Shown here: positions 12,841-25,599 of the stretch, in pieces
How positions within the stretch are numbered: position 1 is the stretch's first letter
Layout: the number at the start of each line of letters is the position of its first letter
Source: Eledone cirrhosa
Taxonomy: Eukaryota
Assembly (NCBI GenBank): GCA_964016885.1
Contig: OZ024740.1
Coordinates: 381,672,001 to 381,736,000 of the forward strand
Length of the DNA: 64,000 bases
Reading direction: 5' to 3'
Notes under the pieces: generated by a model
Told to the model about the DNA's origin: nothing
Seen by the model: the letters and a program-made list of their open reading frames with translations, nothing else
The model's database searches: none
Translations under genes and position numbers: made by a program

Positions 12841-13195
12841 AGTGTGCGTGTGTGTGTATGGGCATATGTGTGTGTTTGTGTGTGAAATGTGTGTGAGTGA
12901 GTGTGTGTATGTGCGGTGTGTGTAAAGAATTTGCGTACTTAAATGGGGCTTTCAGTGATACACACAGTCAGCGTCTTTCTTTATATTTGTCGGTCTCCCC
13001 CCCCCTCCCCTCGCTCTCTCTCTGTATATATATATCTAAAATTTTATATATATTATATCGACCCCTTTTAAGTGTGAAACAGCCTCCAAATTCGGCAAAT
13101 CAAACGCGGAGCACCCATCTTCCCAAACTTGGCATACCGAATCGGACGGCAACAGCCACCAAATTTATGTATGTATGTATGTATGGATACATACA

Positions 13196-13794
13196 TCACC
13201 AGTTGGTGCTACTGGTAACATGTATCCTAGTACAACCTGTCTCATGGTCGGGTCGTTGGCGACTAAATTGGCAACCCCACCAAGGTTTCTTGGTGAGGAG
13301 GGTGACTTTGGACATCCTGCAGGACTAAAAACAAAACCTGTCAAAGGGCAAAGGAGCTCTTAAGAGTCAATGGCCATCCAAAATCACCGGGAGAGATGAC
13401 CCCTTAGCCTTTGTCAAGAATTCTAGGAGAAGGAAAACTCTGATATAACACCTGCAACCCTGATGGTATCCAATGATGTTGAGTTGTTCTTCTTTTTGGT
13501 AAATATCATCTTGGTTAAGAGAGTGGGACTGGCTTTGTGCAGTGCCTTTGCTCACTATAAAAGCTTCACGGCACAGACATTGCTTTATATCTGGAGATCT
13601 CTCTGCACTTGTCCTCACATGGTACCATGGGCCCAGCACTATGTGTCAATAATTGTCACAAGTGTAGTGTTTGTACCAGAGTTTTCAATACGCTGGCTAG
13701 ACTAAAAAGTCACACTCGTTCAGCGCATCGGTAGGCGTTCTCCTACATGGATATGAAGTAGTGGCCGTACTCGAAAACGAGTTGGCAGCCACCA
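13196..13794 (+). mobile_element. Non-autonomous RTE-derived element (5' UTR fused to 3' end), copy 1
   Basis: RTE 5'-UTR-like motif CTAGGAGAAGGAAAACTCTGA and a terminal C2H2 remnant HKCSVCTRVFNTLARLKSHTRSAHR* (13657-13734). Closely matches 39436-40012. Confidence 0.75.
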
Positions 13795-14306
13795 TGTATT
13801 TATATATCTTTAGAGTAGATTCCTTTCTGAATATCGGTGAAAACGTTCACCATATATCTGGATACACTCATAGCTGACTAAAGTAAAAGCGAAAAGGATA
13901 TTAAAGACAACACTCACATTTGAAGAGGTGAAGAACATAATACATATAAATTACTAGTAATGATATAATTCCCAGTTCGTGCTGCGTCTGAATACACACA
14001 CATGAGCGTGATGGTAGCAATATTCAATGGGAAATATGCCAACATTTCGACGTAAAAACACACAAGAAGTAGTATAAACATGTACCAAACATAGTACATG
14101 ATATCAATCTGATCAAAGTGTTGCTCAAAAACGAGTAAGTCTCGCCAAATACAATGATATTGAAATTGAAATACACAAAATGTGCTAATACTAATTGGCA
14201 CATTTAGTATGATAAAATAATGGTACACAACACAAAAGTTAAATGTAAAGTTAAGAGTTTTTGTGTTTTTTTGAACAGGTATAATTACTCTTCCACGGAC
14301 TATTTG

Positions 14307-14368
<62 letters not shown>

Positions 14369-14698
14369 TGTGGTTTACCTCTGGTGGTAGGGACCGTACA
14401 GTAGATAGAACTCAATGTGATCCGATGGCGAGTAATCCAGTGAAATCCATAGAGAAGTACTGTGTTCCGCTGAGTTAATTCCTTAGAGTCAGATATTAGA
14501 TATTAACAATGAAAATAAAAACAAAAATGTCAAGTTTCTTTACCTATTCCTATCACTGTTTTACGATCATTTCGGAGGGTCGATCATATTGATATATTGT
14601 CTGATCTATAGCAGTTATATAACTGTATTATATCAGACCTGCTTCGGATCTGTTATAAACATAACTCAGTTGAATACATATCAATGAAGTCTTTAACT

Positions 14699-14812
<114 letters not shown>

Positions 14813-15139
14813 GCGTGAGGCATATATATATATATATGCGCGAGGCATATATATATATATATATATGCCTCGCGTACCAGGACTGAACAGAGTCTGATTC
14901 ACTCTCTTTTGCTTACATATACACACACATATCCTCTTAGCTTCGTATGGACATATGATGACACACACATGCATACGCTCACAAACACTTATACCACTAT
15001 GTACAAAACGTTTTTTTCTATTTCAGGTAGGCGTGCTCCATCACCCACTTTTCTAAATAAAAGATCATACACGCTAGCATCAACATAAATGGACCTGTTA
15101 TTTTTGTCTAAAATATTATTTTCCGATTTCGCCCCGACC

Positions 15140-15295
15140 GTCCCTTCAATCTTTTTAATTTTTCATTCTTCCTTCTGATGAAGGACTAGCGTCGGAAACG
15201 CTAAGACCTCTTCCTGCTATTTCAAGCATTAACCTAATATATTCCTTCCATATACTGTATCGATTGTGTTGTTATTTCTGTTTACCTTTTATATA
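15140..15295 (+). repeat. Penelope pLTR-like remnant with minimal type I hammerhead
   Basis: CTT-CTGATGA-A-GGAC-TAGC-GTCG-GAAACGCT-AAG at 15172-15205; homologous to 3940-4090. Confidence 0.7.
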
Positions 15296-15525
15296 TCTAT
15301 CTCTCTATCTATCTATCTCCCTATGGTATAGACGTCCTTCACATCGGCTACTCGATTATTGGATATATTCCGTGTTAACAGTAAGTGTTTGTCTGTATTC
15401 TTGTGTTATTGTGTTAATTAACCTCCTTGCCTGGGTTTCGGACATTAGGGTTAATTTATTTCACCCCTCTTGGGTGAAATTTTTCATCCTAAAAAATCTC
15501 GTGATTGTCTCTACGCTAGTGGTAA

Positions 15526-17313
15526 TGGAAGCCATTACCACAGGTAACGATGATACTCCCACTAAACAAACTAAAGGAGAGCGGGTAGCTGAGGCAACAA
15601 GCCTCCCTACTGAAAGAATAATCATTATTAGAAACATTGAAAAAATGGAGCCTAACCCTAATGAAAAAAATGTGAAAAAAATTGACTCGGAGAAATTGCC
15701 AACATTAATGGATGCCGTTTCGACTTTTCACGGTGCCACGCCCACCAGCAAAGGTGAAAGAGAAGTAGTAGCTGTGACTACAAGTCTCTCGGATACTGAA
15801 AATATAAGTGAAAAAATGGTGTCTAACCCCAAAGGGGAAAAAATTGTGAACGCATACACCAACATAAATAACACACAAACAACCACATTTCGACAAATGT
15901 AAACAAAGAGGGGGCGAAAAAAATGACGTTCGCCCAAACACTACCCCCGAAAAAAACATTGTTTATAAACCTATGGACATTTCGAGCATGGCCCAGCAAA
16001 TGGAAAATGCACGGAAGTATGTAACTTTGGAGGAGAATGGTCTATTTTCTTTAAATTCTCTCCCAGAGCTAAAAAAGGAAAATAGCTTAAAAACTATTAT
16101 TTATAGGACAATATCAAACAAAACCCGTAAGCCAGTACAACTCACACAGACAGAGATTGAACTGGCTTTAAAAGGCCATCTGAAAGACATTGTATTCATT
16201 CGGTAGTCTATCCATCCGAATGAAAGATAAATTGACGGCCGAAAAATATTCCCTAGCCCAATTGTGTCCCCCTTATTTACCTTCTTCCCCACTTATTTGG
16301 GAAGAAGAACGCAAAGATTGACCATACACAGTATCGATCCAGATATTGATTTCTGGTAGGTAAGTCTTCCAGTAACGTGTTCGGTGGAACTAGCCTGCAA
16401 GTTCTGGTGCAAATGCAGCCAGAACGAATTGCTAGGATCCCCGACCGCATATTGTTGTATGGGCTTGCCTACTTACACATCACAGTGGAGGGTAGACGAC
16501 CCGCTTGTTACCTCTGTGGTGGAAGAGGTCACCTGAGGGCTGCCTGTTCCCAAGCAAACAAAAAAACACCGATTTTGCCCACACCAACAACTACAACACT
16601 ATCAACACAACCTCCACCACCACCACCACCACCACAAAAACAACTAACACCACAAGTTAAAACACAACTGAAAACAATCCCCCCATCCCCCCCACACAGA
16701 AAACAAATACGATAACACCCACACCACAAACACAAGCCGAAAATCTACCCCTCTCCCCGAATACGGAAGACAACCCCCTTTCGTCGTCAGACGAGGAGGC
16801 GGGGCGGGGGGGGGGGGACACTTTCATAAAGTTAAGAGAAAAAAAAGAAAACACACCACAGGAACACAAACACAAACAACCACTCCTCAATACATAACAC
16901 AGACATCAACACAAAAAAACACACAACAACAGCAAACAAAAAACATCACACAAAAAGAAAAATATGCATACACTTACATAAACACAATAAACAAAAAACT
17001 GTTAAACGTTATTTATAATAACAACTTAATAAAAACCGAAGGATCTAATTTCGAACGAGCAACGGGGCTTCCTCATCTAAAAATGATAAATGCGCCAATG
17101 GACATTTACAAAAACGTTAAAAGACACGTTTAAAGAGGACGTGGGACCCCCCTGCGTCAGACCCATTAACAGTGTCCTCCTACAAAATGTCCCCCTTCCC
17201 CAGACACCCACACAACTCCAAACACCCCAACCCCACCACACACTGATGCCCCTACACTGCAACCCCCCCCCATGGAAATTGTGCCGCACGGTCCCCGGGA
17301 CGCAGAGAGGTAA
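15526..17313 (+). pseudogene. Copy D ORF1 (gag-like, CCHC knuckle), frameshifted
   Basis: CYLCGGRGHLRAAC in ORF 16377-16715; homologous to ORF1 of copies C and I. Confidence 0.8.
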
Positions 17314-17337
17314 GTGCCTTTTCTCTTTACCACCAAT

Positions 17338-20300
17338 ATGGCTGTGTTGAGAGTAGGTTGTCTAAATACGCGTGGCCTGGGCTCACCTTGGAAGCCAGCA
17401 ATGCTTCTAAATGACCTCAGGTCACGATGTATAAATGTGATGGTTATTAGCGAGGCCCAGATCAGCAGCGTGCGACAGCTGGCCCCCACCTTTGATGACT
17501 TTGAGATGCACGCATTTCTCTGTCAGCCCGGAGGTGGGGGTGGGGGTTGTCGTTCTGCTGCAAAAACATCTGGGTCTCGCTACACAGACGGTACACTTGG
17601 ACCCAGACGGTAGACTAGTGGTTCTGGACCTGGGCAGTGGTGAAGGCGGAGCTTTTAGGCTGGTCGCCGTCTACGGCCATTTTGAGTCAACGCGGCCGGA
17701 CCTCTTCCATCGTCTGGAGACTTTTCTAGGGACATCCCGCTCGTTGCTTTTAGTGGAGGACTGGAATTGTATCCTAGATGCACGTTGGGACTATGTAGGG
17801 GCATTTCTTGATAGAGGGGGTTGTAACAGACTCAAGGGGTTAATCAGCCGATTTGGACAAACCACAGCGGTCAATCTAGATCGTACCTAGATAGGTTCTT
17901 AGTTAGAAATAAGGATAGGGCCTTTTTAAGTTGTCCAGAAATGCTCATGGTTCGCTATTCAGACGACAAGTTAGTGACCTGCATGGTCAACCTTGAGAGA
18001 ACGCATAGACAGCGACCCGGTTACTGGAAGCTCAACTTGTTCTTACCGGCAAGTAAAGCTTACAGGGACCGGATTAGTACTTTAGTTAAGGAGCGGTTGA
18101 CGGGCGCCAAGTGTTGGGGCTCTCTCAAAAGAGAGATTAGAGTAGCTTCAATAGGAGTTAGTAAGGCGTTAGCCTCAGATAGAAATAGGAAGGTAGATAG
18201 TGTAGAAGATGCAATTAGAAGCGATAATGTAGCCAGAGTGCTAGCGTCGAGAACGGCCTTGGGCCAGTTCTTCGACGCGACACACGAAGGCTGCGTTGTC
18301 CGAAGCAAAATACGTACTCTGGGAAACGAGGGGACCAAAGCTGTTAGCTGGGCCCGGGTGACAGAAGCCAAAAGTAGGATTAGATCCACTATCCAGTCTT
18401 TGCGAGACCAGGATGGACGGGTGATCCTTTAACATAAGCAGATGTGCGAGGCCTTTCAAAGGCACTTTGCCCGATTGTTCGGAAGGGGCGAGGGGCCGGA
18501 TCAGGATGTGGACTTCGGTCCATACCTCGACGGCCTGTCGCGTCTTTCGGACGAGGAGGCTAAGCCCTGCGAGAGGCCGATCTCAGCTGCTGAAATAGGG
18601 GACGTGCTGAGCCAATGCGGCAGACGCAAATCTCCGGGTCTCGATGGATTTCCATACGAACTGTATTTAAGTATGCCGGACTTGTTCTTCGATCTCCTCG
18701 AGGCGGTCTACTGTAAATGGCAACAGAACGGGAGAATTCCCTGTTCTGTGACCAAGGGCGTAGTGTCGCCAGTGAGGAAGGACGAGAACAAGGTGGATGA
18801 AATAAGTAATTTCAGGCCCATAGCTCTTCTAAATGCAGAGTTAAAGATGTTGGCAAATGTGTTAGCAAAAAGGTTGGCGCTTGTCGTGGGCAACTTGGTG
18901 GGAGATGCACAGACATGCGCCATCCCGTCCAGGTCCATTCATGACAACCTCCACCTGATGCGATACATCATAGAGAGGGTTGGGAACGAACCCGGCTTTG
19001 GTGGGGCCCTGATCAACTTGGATCAATCTAAGGCGTTCGATAGGGTCGACCATCGTTACCTGGATGCGGTGCTAGTGGCGGCAGGTTTCGGACCGGTTTT
19101 CAGGGGCTGGATCACTGCCATGCACAGCATCCGCATTTGCTCTAGACTCAAGGTGAACGGCTACCTCTCGGAGCCGTTCGAAATCACGCGGTCCATCCGA
19201 CAGGGATGCCCTCTCTCCTCCCTTCTGTATGTATTCGCCCTCGAGCCACGACTGCGGAAGTTGGAGTTGTTACAGGGCATCTCTTTAGAACCAGGATTGT
19301 GGAAAGCGGTGTCGGCACCTTACTGGAGGAATACGAAAAGTTTACAGGGGCTAAGCTGAATCGTCACAAGTCAGTCGGTTTGCAACTCGGCGAGTGGAGG
19401 GGCAAACCGATGGCCTCCAGCGGCGTCGTTGGACGTTGGACGGAGGGCTCGGTGAAGTTGCTCGGGGTCTGGTTCGGACCACACCTCCAGGTGGAGAAGA
19501 ACTGGGATGAGGTATCGAACAGGGTGTTTGCGCTGACCCAGAAGTGGGCTGAGTGCAAACTATCCCTGAAAGGTCGGGCGGAGGTGGCGAACGCTTATAT
19601 AGCGTCCGTCATCTATTACCGCCTGACCGTCGTGCCTTGCCCAAAGGAAACGCTCACCAAAATGGAGCGCGCACTCTTCCAATTCCTTTGGAAGAAGCGG
19701 GATCCTTTGGTGAGGAGATCGATCTGCTGTCAACACCCTTCGAAAGGAGGGCTCGGGATGCCGTCGCTGCTGATGCGTAAACACGCATTAAGGCTACGGC
19801 ACCTCCAGGTATTCCTCACCGGTCAACCGCAGTGGGCCACGTTTGTGAGGCGAGCGTTTCCGGGCTGCAGTCCTGGGTCAAGCAAAGACCGAGAAAACTG
19901 GGCGCCTGGCACACCGAGTGTGCCTAGGCGCACACGGATCTCTGGCAAGCGGACCCGTCTATCGGTGGAAACTCCATCTCGTCATTCTATAGAGGGCTGG
20001 TGATTAGTAGGTGCGACGACGCCCTCGGACAAGCCCTAGCCATGGAGGAAGACGAACTGGCCAGCCTATTCGGGAGGACATTTGGCCCGTGACCTATGGA
20101 CAACTTCCAGAGGTCCCTGGCCTGACAGTGCTACCGAGGGGCGCTGCCCGTTCAAGAAAAGCTCTACAGACACGGGCGCCCATGTAGGGACCCCTCGAAA
20201 AAATCTGTCCCAGATGCGTGCGCGACGAGGAAACCGTTGCGCACGCATTGGTACACTGCTCGGGCGTTGCCGATCTGTGGGGTTATGTCGAATGAATGCT

Positions 20301-20643
20301 GTCACGGGTGGGTCCAATCCGGTTGACCACTGAGTCCATTTTAACGATCAAGCCGCCTACCCCCTTCAAAAATGAAGGAGAGGCGGTCTTCCTCTGTGTA
20401 ATAGCCATGGTGAAAGAGAGGCGGTCTTCCTCTGTGTAATAGCCATGGTGGACACGTTTGAAAGGGCTGAGGTCAGAAACCTTTCTCTCCGGCCAACAAC
20501 TGGTCCTTTTCTTTAAATACCATTTTAAGAGAAGGATCAGAATGGAGAGATAGGTGCTCTACCCCAGCAAGTTTTATGAAAGGTGGGTGAAAGTAGCGAG
20601 AATGGCCCGTGTGAATGGGCCTTCTCTCTTTATCAGCCTGTAG
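17338..20643 (+). pseudogene. Copy D ORF2 (APE + RT + Zn knuckle), disrupted, YADD segment deleted
   Basis: CLNTRGL, SPGLDG.PYE, NFRPIALLN, LDQSKAFDRVDH and RQGCPLS are present; the sequence after AVSA is deleted. Confidence 0.92.
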
Positions 20644-20892
20644 GTGGAAAGGTGGAAGTGCAAAGGAGCACCCCCTCATCGTGCTCCTAAGGAAAAGGTT
20701 TGTACACTTTTTCGGGGGGGGGGGGGTAACCCCCAAAACGCCGCCTCTCTATTGAGGACTGTATTGTTGATTTTATATTTGTTATTTGTTTTTTACTCGT
20801 TCCTTTATGTAAACTCCCCCCTTTGTATTTGTCCCCTTCATTTGTGCCCTCGTGGCAAATAAATAGAAACTTATCTATTTATCTATCTATCT

Positions 20893-22389
20893 GTCGGTTT
20901 GCAACTCGGAACGTGGAGAGGCAAACCGATGCCTTTCGATGGCGTCGTCGGACGCTCGACAGAAGGACCGGTAAAGCTGCTCGGGGTCTGGTTTGGTCCG
21001 GACCTCCAGGTGGAGAAGAACTGGAACTAGGTGACAGCCAAGGTGTTTGCGCTCACCCAGAAGTGGGCCGAGTGCAAACTATACTTGAAAGGTCGAGCGT
21101 AGGTGGCGAACACTTTTATAGCGTTGTCATCTACTACCGCTTGACCGTCGTGCCTTGTCCAGCCAAAACGCTCACCAAAATGGAACGCGCGCTCTTCCAA
21201 TTCCTTTGGAAGAAACGGGCTCCTTTGGTGAGAAGATCCATCTGCTGCCAATACCCTTCAAACGGAGGGCTGGGAATGCCGTGGCTGACGATGGGAAAAC
21301 ACGCGCTCAGACTGCGGCACCTCCACGTATTCTTCATCGGACAACCGGTGTGGGCCCCGTTCGTGAGGCGATCATTCCCACAACTCGACTCGCTGACTGA
21401 GCTGCAGTCCTGGGTCAAGCAAAGACTGAAGAACATGGGCGACTGGCACATCGAATGTGCTCAGGCGCTCAAAGTTCTCTGGAAAACGGACCCGGCGATC
21501 AGTGGAGACTCCACTTCGACATTCTATACAGGGTTGGTCCTCAGCAAGTGCGACGACGAGCTCGGATAAACTCTAGGCGTAGAGGAGGACGAACTGGCAA
21601 GTCTGTTCGGTAGGACCTTCCGCCTGGGACCAATGGACGATTTCCAAAAGTCCCTGGCCTGGCAGTGCTACCGAAGAGCTCTACCAGTTCGAGACAAGCT
21701 CTACAGACACGGGCGCCCGGGCCGGGATCCTTCGAAAAAGATCTGCCCGAGATGCGTGCGCGACGGGGAAACCGTCGCGCACACATTTGTACACTGTCCG
21801 GGCGTTACCGATCTGTGGGGCTATGTAGAACGACTATTATCGCGGGTGGGACCAATCCAGTTGACCCCCGAGTCCATTGTCATGATCAAACCGCCACCCT
21901 CCTTCAAAAACGAGGGAGAGGCGGTTTTCCTATGTGTTATGGCTATGGTGAAAGAGGTTATATGGTGGACGAGGTTAAAAGGGCTGAGGTCAGACACCTT
22001 TCTCTCCGGCGAGCAACTGATTCGTTTTTTCAAATATCATTTAGGAAGAAGAATCAGAATGGAGAGAGAGGTGCTGTACCCCAGCAAATTTTATAAAAGG
22101 TCAGTGAATGTGGCAAAGATGGCCCGAGTGGTTGGGCCTTCTCTCTATATAAGCCTGTAGGTTGAGGAAAAAGAGGAAGAGACGAAAGGAGTACTCACTC
22201 TTGGTGCTCCTGGAGAGAGGGTTGTACATTTTTTCGGGGTGTGTACAACCCCTGTGTAACGCCTCCCCCCTATTGGGGATTTCAATTGTTATTTGTTATT
22301 TTTTTAATAGTTTTATTTTCATATACCTGTATGTAAACTCCCCATTTGTATTTGCCCCCTTCTTTTGTGCCCTTGTGGCTAATAAAGAC

Positions 22390-22392
<3 letters not shown>
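20893..22392 (+). mobile_element. Tx1-clade LINE copy E, 5'-truncated, same subfamily as A
   Basis: Near-identical to the reverse complement of 249-1745. It starts directly in the (TATC)n at the 3' end of D. Confidence 0.95.
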
Positions 22393-22456
<64 letters not shown>

Positions 22457-22519
22457 GAATATGATGAAATCATATATATATATATTATAAGAATATGATG
22501 AAATGCTTTGAAAGCGCAA

Positions 22520-22614
22520 AACATATCTGAGGATCTTGCGAATGTAGAGTCAGATTCGATCTCTAACAGATCCTGCCTTGAGCTGATCATCGGAAAAAAC
22601 ATATGTAATATGTT
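22520..22614 (+). ncRNA. Type I hammerhead with long stem II, G of GAAA mutated
   Basis: Stem I AACATAT/ATATGTT, core CTGAGGA, AAAAC-ATAT-GTA, then AATAAA. Homolog at 36200. Confidence 0.7.
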
Positions 22615-22954
22615 AATAAATTGTGTTTTGATGCACTACATGATTCCTCGTTATCTATAATAATATACTCTGCTCTGCGCGAGCATCGAGTGCTCAAACG
22701 GCATACCGCCTACGGACGCATTTATTGCAACCATACGACAACTGTATATATATATAGTTCAGTGCAGAAGACTTACTGTAAATGAATAACGGTAATCAAT
22801 ATGGATAATACAATAATATTATTTTTATAAACTGTAGAAATATATCATTTGGTTAGTAATATTGTTAGAAGCTTTATATTATATTAGATATACTGTTCGC
22901 GTAAACTTTCGTCTCATTTACATCTCTCTCTCTCTATATATATATATATTTATT

Positions 22955-23095
22955 AAAATATGTTACCAAACACTTATTCACATCATAATTCATTTTACAA
23001 TTCTTTCATCCTCGTGGGACACATTGGAAACAATCATTTTCTAAACATTGTAAATTGAATTATGATGTAAATAAGTGTTTGGTAACATATTTTTA
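22955..23095. repeat. Short fold-back element with ~47-bp inverted arms
   Basis: AAAATATGTTACCAAACACTTATT...TTACAAT versus ATTGTAA...AATAAGTGTTTGGTAACATATTTT. Confidence 0.8.
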
Positions 23096-23180
23096 TGAAT
23101 AATTTGCTCTACATGTGAATAATGTAATACAGTAGGAGTTCATAAAATAATTATAAAAAAGGCTTTCGAAGTGTGTGTGA

Positions 23181-23211
<31 letters not shown>

Positions 23212-23741
23212 CATGTGTGAATGTGTGTGTGTGCGTGTATATATATATATATAATTGGGCTTTCCAATTTCATTTTACATCATATACATATCGGTGCATA
23301 TTTTGATTATTTAAAAATGTTATTTTAGTGTACATGATTAAAAAAAATATTTTGAAGTGATCGTGACCCAATGGGTCACGGATGGTCTAGTACCAAATGT
23401 TATTCTCTTAGTTTTATGTAATTCATTAATAAATTATAGGTTATTTTGTTTTGGTTTTAAACGGTAGTTGAGAGCTTTCTTTGGGCTGTGAAAACCTTGT
23501 TCACACGTTAAATTTACCTGGTTACAGTTGTTCTTTTATCTATACTTATAAATACCTCGTCATTTTATTCATAGTGTCACACATTTTTATCATTTTCATA
23601 TTGTGGACAGGATATGTATAACGGTTTCACAACATCGAATGTTTTGTGACCGCCTCAAACAATTCGATTGTTATCTACTCTATAGTGGCCACAACTTCGA
23701 TTTATACCACATATATATATATACATACACACATACATATG

Positions 23742-23797
<56 letters not shown>

Positions 23798-24734
23798 TGA
23801 ACATTCTGTTATGCCCCCCCCCCCCTACACACAGACATACACAGTCAGAAAGTCACACACATACACACACACACACATATGTATGTTTTAAAATCTATTT
23901 TGTACCATAAGGTACTACATTCACATATAGAATCGGCGAAAGTAATTACCAACCTAAGTACTGGGGTTGATATGACCGACGAAATAGGCACAGTTAAATG
24001 ATTTAAACTACTAAAATAATAAAATAAAAATCAGTCATTCACATACATACACAGTGACACGCACGCAACCCCACAATGAACACACACACACATACTTGCA
24101 CACGCACACATACTTGCACACACACACACACACACATATATATAACATAGAAAGTCTATCGATAGTCGACCTACACAAAGTAAACTGGGATGTAATTACA
24201 CATGACCTATCGCATTGGCTGGTCTTTTACACTCACTTCCATTGAGTTCAAAGCTTATTGATAGTTACTTGAGGATGATGTTACCAGCATATTCTCAAAC
24301 TATACTACAGCACGTTTTGTGGATATTACTCGCTGTAGGCTTCTAAGAGAGAAAGAGATAAAGAAACAAAGAGATAGATTGAGGATAGGAAAGAGAATAA
24401 AAAACTGTCATTAAATACTTCTAACGACAACCCCCCACCAAAAAAAAAAAATCTTCTACCTCAAATGCTGCCAACACCAACGCTCCTACCCCCATTCGAC
24501 AGTTGCAACTATCCTCGATTCCCTAAATATGTGATTATAAGAAAAGCAGAAACACTACTACCCTGAATAACGACAATATTGCTCTGTCGTGCTGTTAAAT
24601 ACGGAAGATTCAAGTTTCTATGTAATCTCGAGCTAATATAAAAGCGAATATAGATTGTGTTGACATTCGTTTAATTACGACTAATGACGTTCGTGGGCTT
24701 ATTTTTTTTAAATATAAAATTGACCAGCTTATTC

Positions 24735-25070
24735 GGTCGCTCTCCGACAGGTTCGCAGTCATGCCCTTGGCAGTGGAGATTTCTGGTCGCCTTGGCCCTA
24801 GGGACACCTCCCTACTCAACGCCATAGGCGTTGAGCTGCCAAGCCGCAGGTGTGAGCCTCATGAGTTGGAATGGCTCTTCCAGCCCATCTCCCTTACCAT
24901 CCTCCGGGGAAACGCATTCTCCATTCTGTCCGCCGAAGCTGTGGGGAAGTCAGCATGTGGGACCCCATTTGCCCACCATACGGAGAGATGGAGGCGATGG
25001 CAGTGGGAATTCGGCTCTTCCACGTTTGGACCATATCCTTGTTCATGAAGCCTTAGTGTAGTAATAAAAT
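24735..25070 (+). mobile_element. 3' fragment of a CRE-like (RLE-type) non-LTR retrotransposon
   Basis: MPLAVEISGRLG...WLFQPISLTILRGNAFSIL resembles the CRE C-terminal pattern P.AVET.G..G...QRLS.AIQRGNA.SIL. AATAAA follows. Confidence 0.7.
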
Positions 25071-25599
25071 ATATGTAAAAATAATTAACCACATGAAGAA
25101 GAATAACAATAGCAATAGCAGTAATAATTGTTTCTGTTGGCTGAAAAAGCTACAACTGTCTCTGGCTTCTGAATTAGCTAGTTGAATAACTTCTCCGCTC
25201 ATACGTCCTGTCATATTGCTCACATCAGCTCTCAAAATCTTCATTAAATTCATCTAATATTTTCTCCACAGGATAACAAAAGTATGAAATGTTATCCTTG
25301 CGCGCATTTTCTACGTATTGATAACTAAATATACAAGCTGTAAACAAAACACATAAATATCACCATTCTATGCTAAGGTCTGGAGTGCTCATGAATACCG
25401 TCATTCCGTAAGAATTATAACAACAATAAAATAATGAGAAATAGAGAGTTAATACATTATTTTGTTTTGTTTTGTTATACATTTTACCGCAGTTCCATCA
25501 TTATATTCTTATTCTTATCGTACTGACTATCCCACATTGTTTTTTTTGTTATTCAATGTATCAATAATGATTTTAAGAAATGACTATTATTTATTCATT

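Larger units (their letters stand above)
15319..20871 (+). mobile_element. Tx1-clade LINE copy D, near full length, decayed
   Basis: 5' UTR, ORF1, ORF2 and a 3' UTR with AATAAA at 20858. (TATC)n flanks both sides. Confidence 0.95.

Noticed and set aside
14410-14455. Hammerhead-like CTC..GAAATCCATAGAG, and similar hints at ~28915 and ~60612
   Set aside because: One core box is missing or too degenerate to support.
16355-16370. Extra AG|GTAAGT inside ORF1 of copy D
   Set aside because: Absent from copies C and I; probably a TGG>TAG mutation beside a deletion.
22162-22464. Hydrophobic 3'-UTR ORF as an env-like or membrane ORF3 (also 159-479)
   Set aside because: U-rich UTRs translate as hydrophobic, there is no ATG, and the frame is not kept in other copies. 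It would matter only if a phase-2 splice were shown.
23363-23381. Palindrome CGTGACCCAATGGGTCACG as a transposon subterminal motif
   Set aside because: No matching termini or TSD could be identified.
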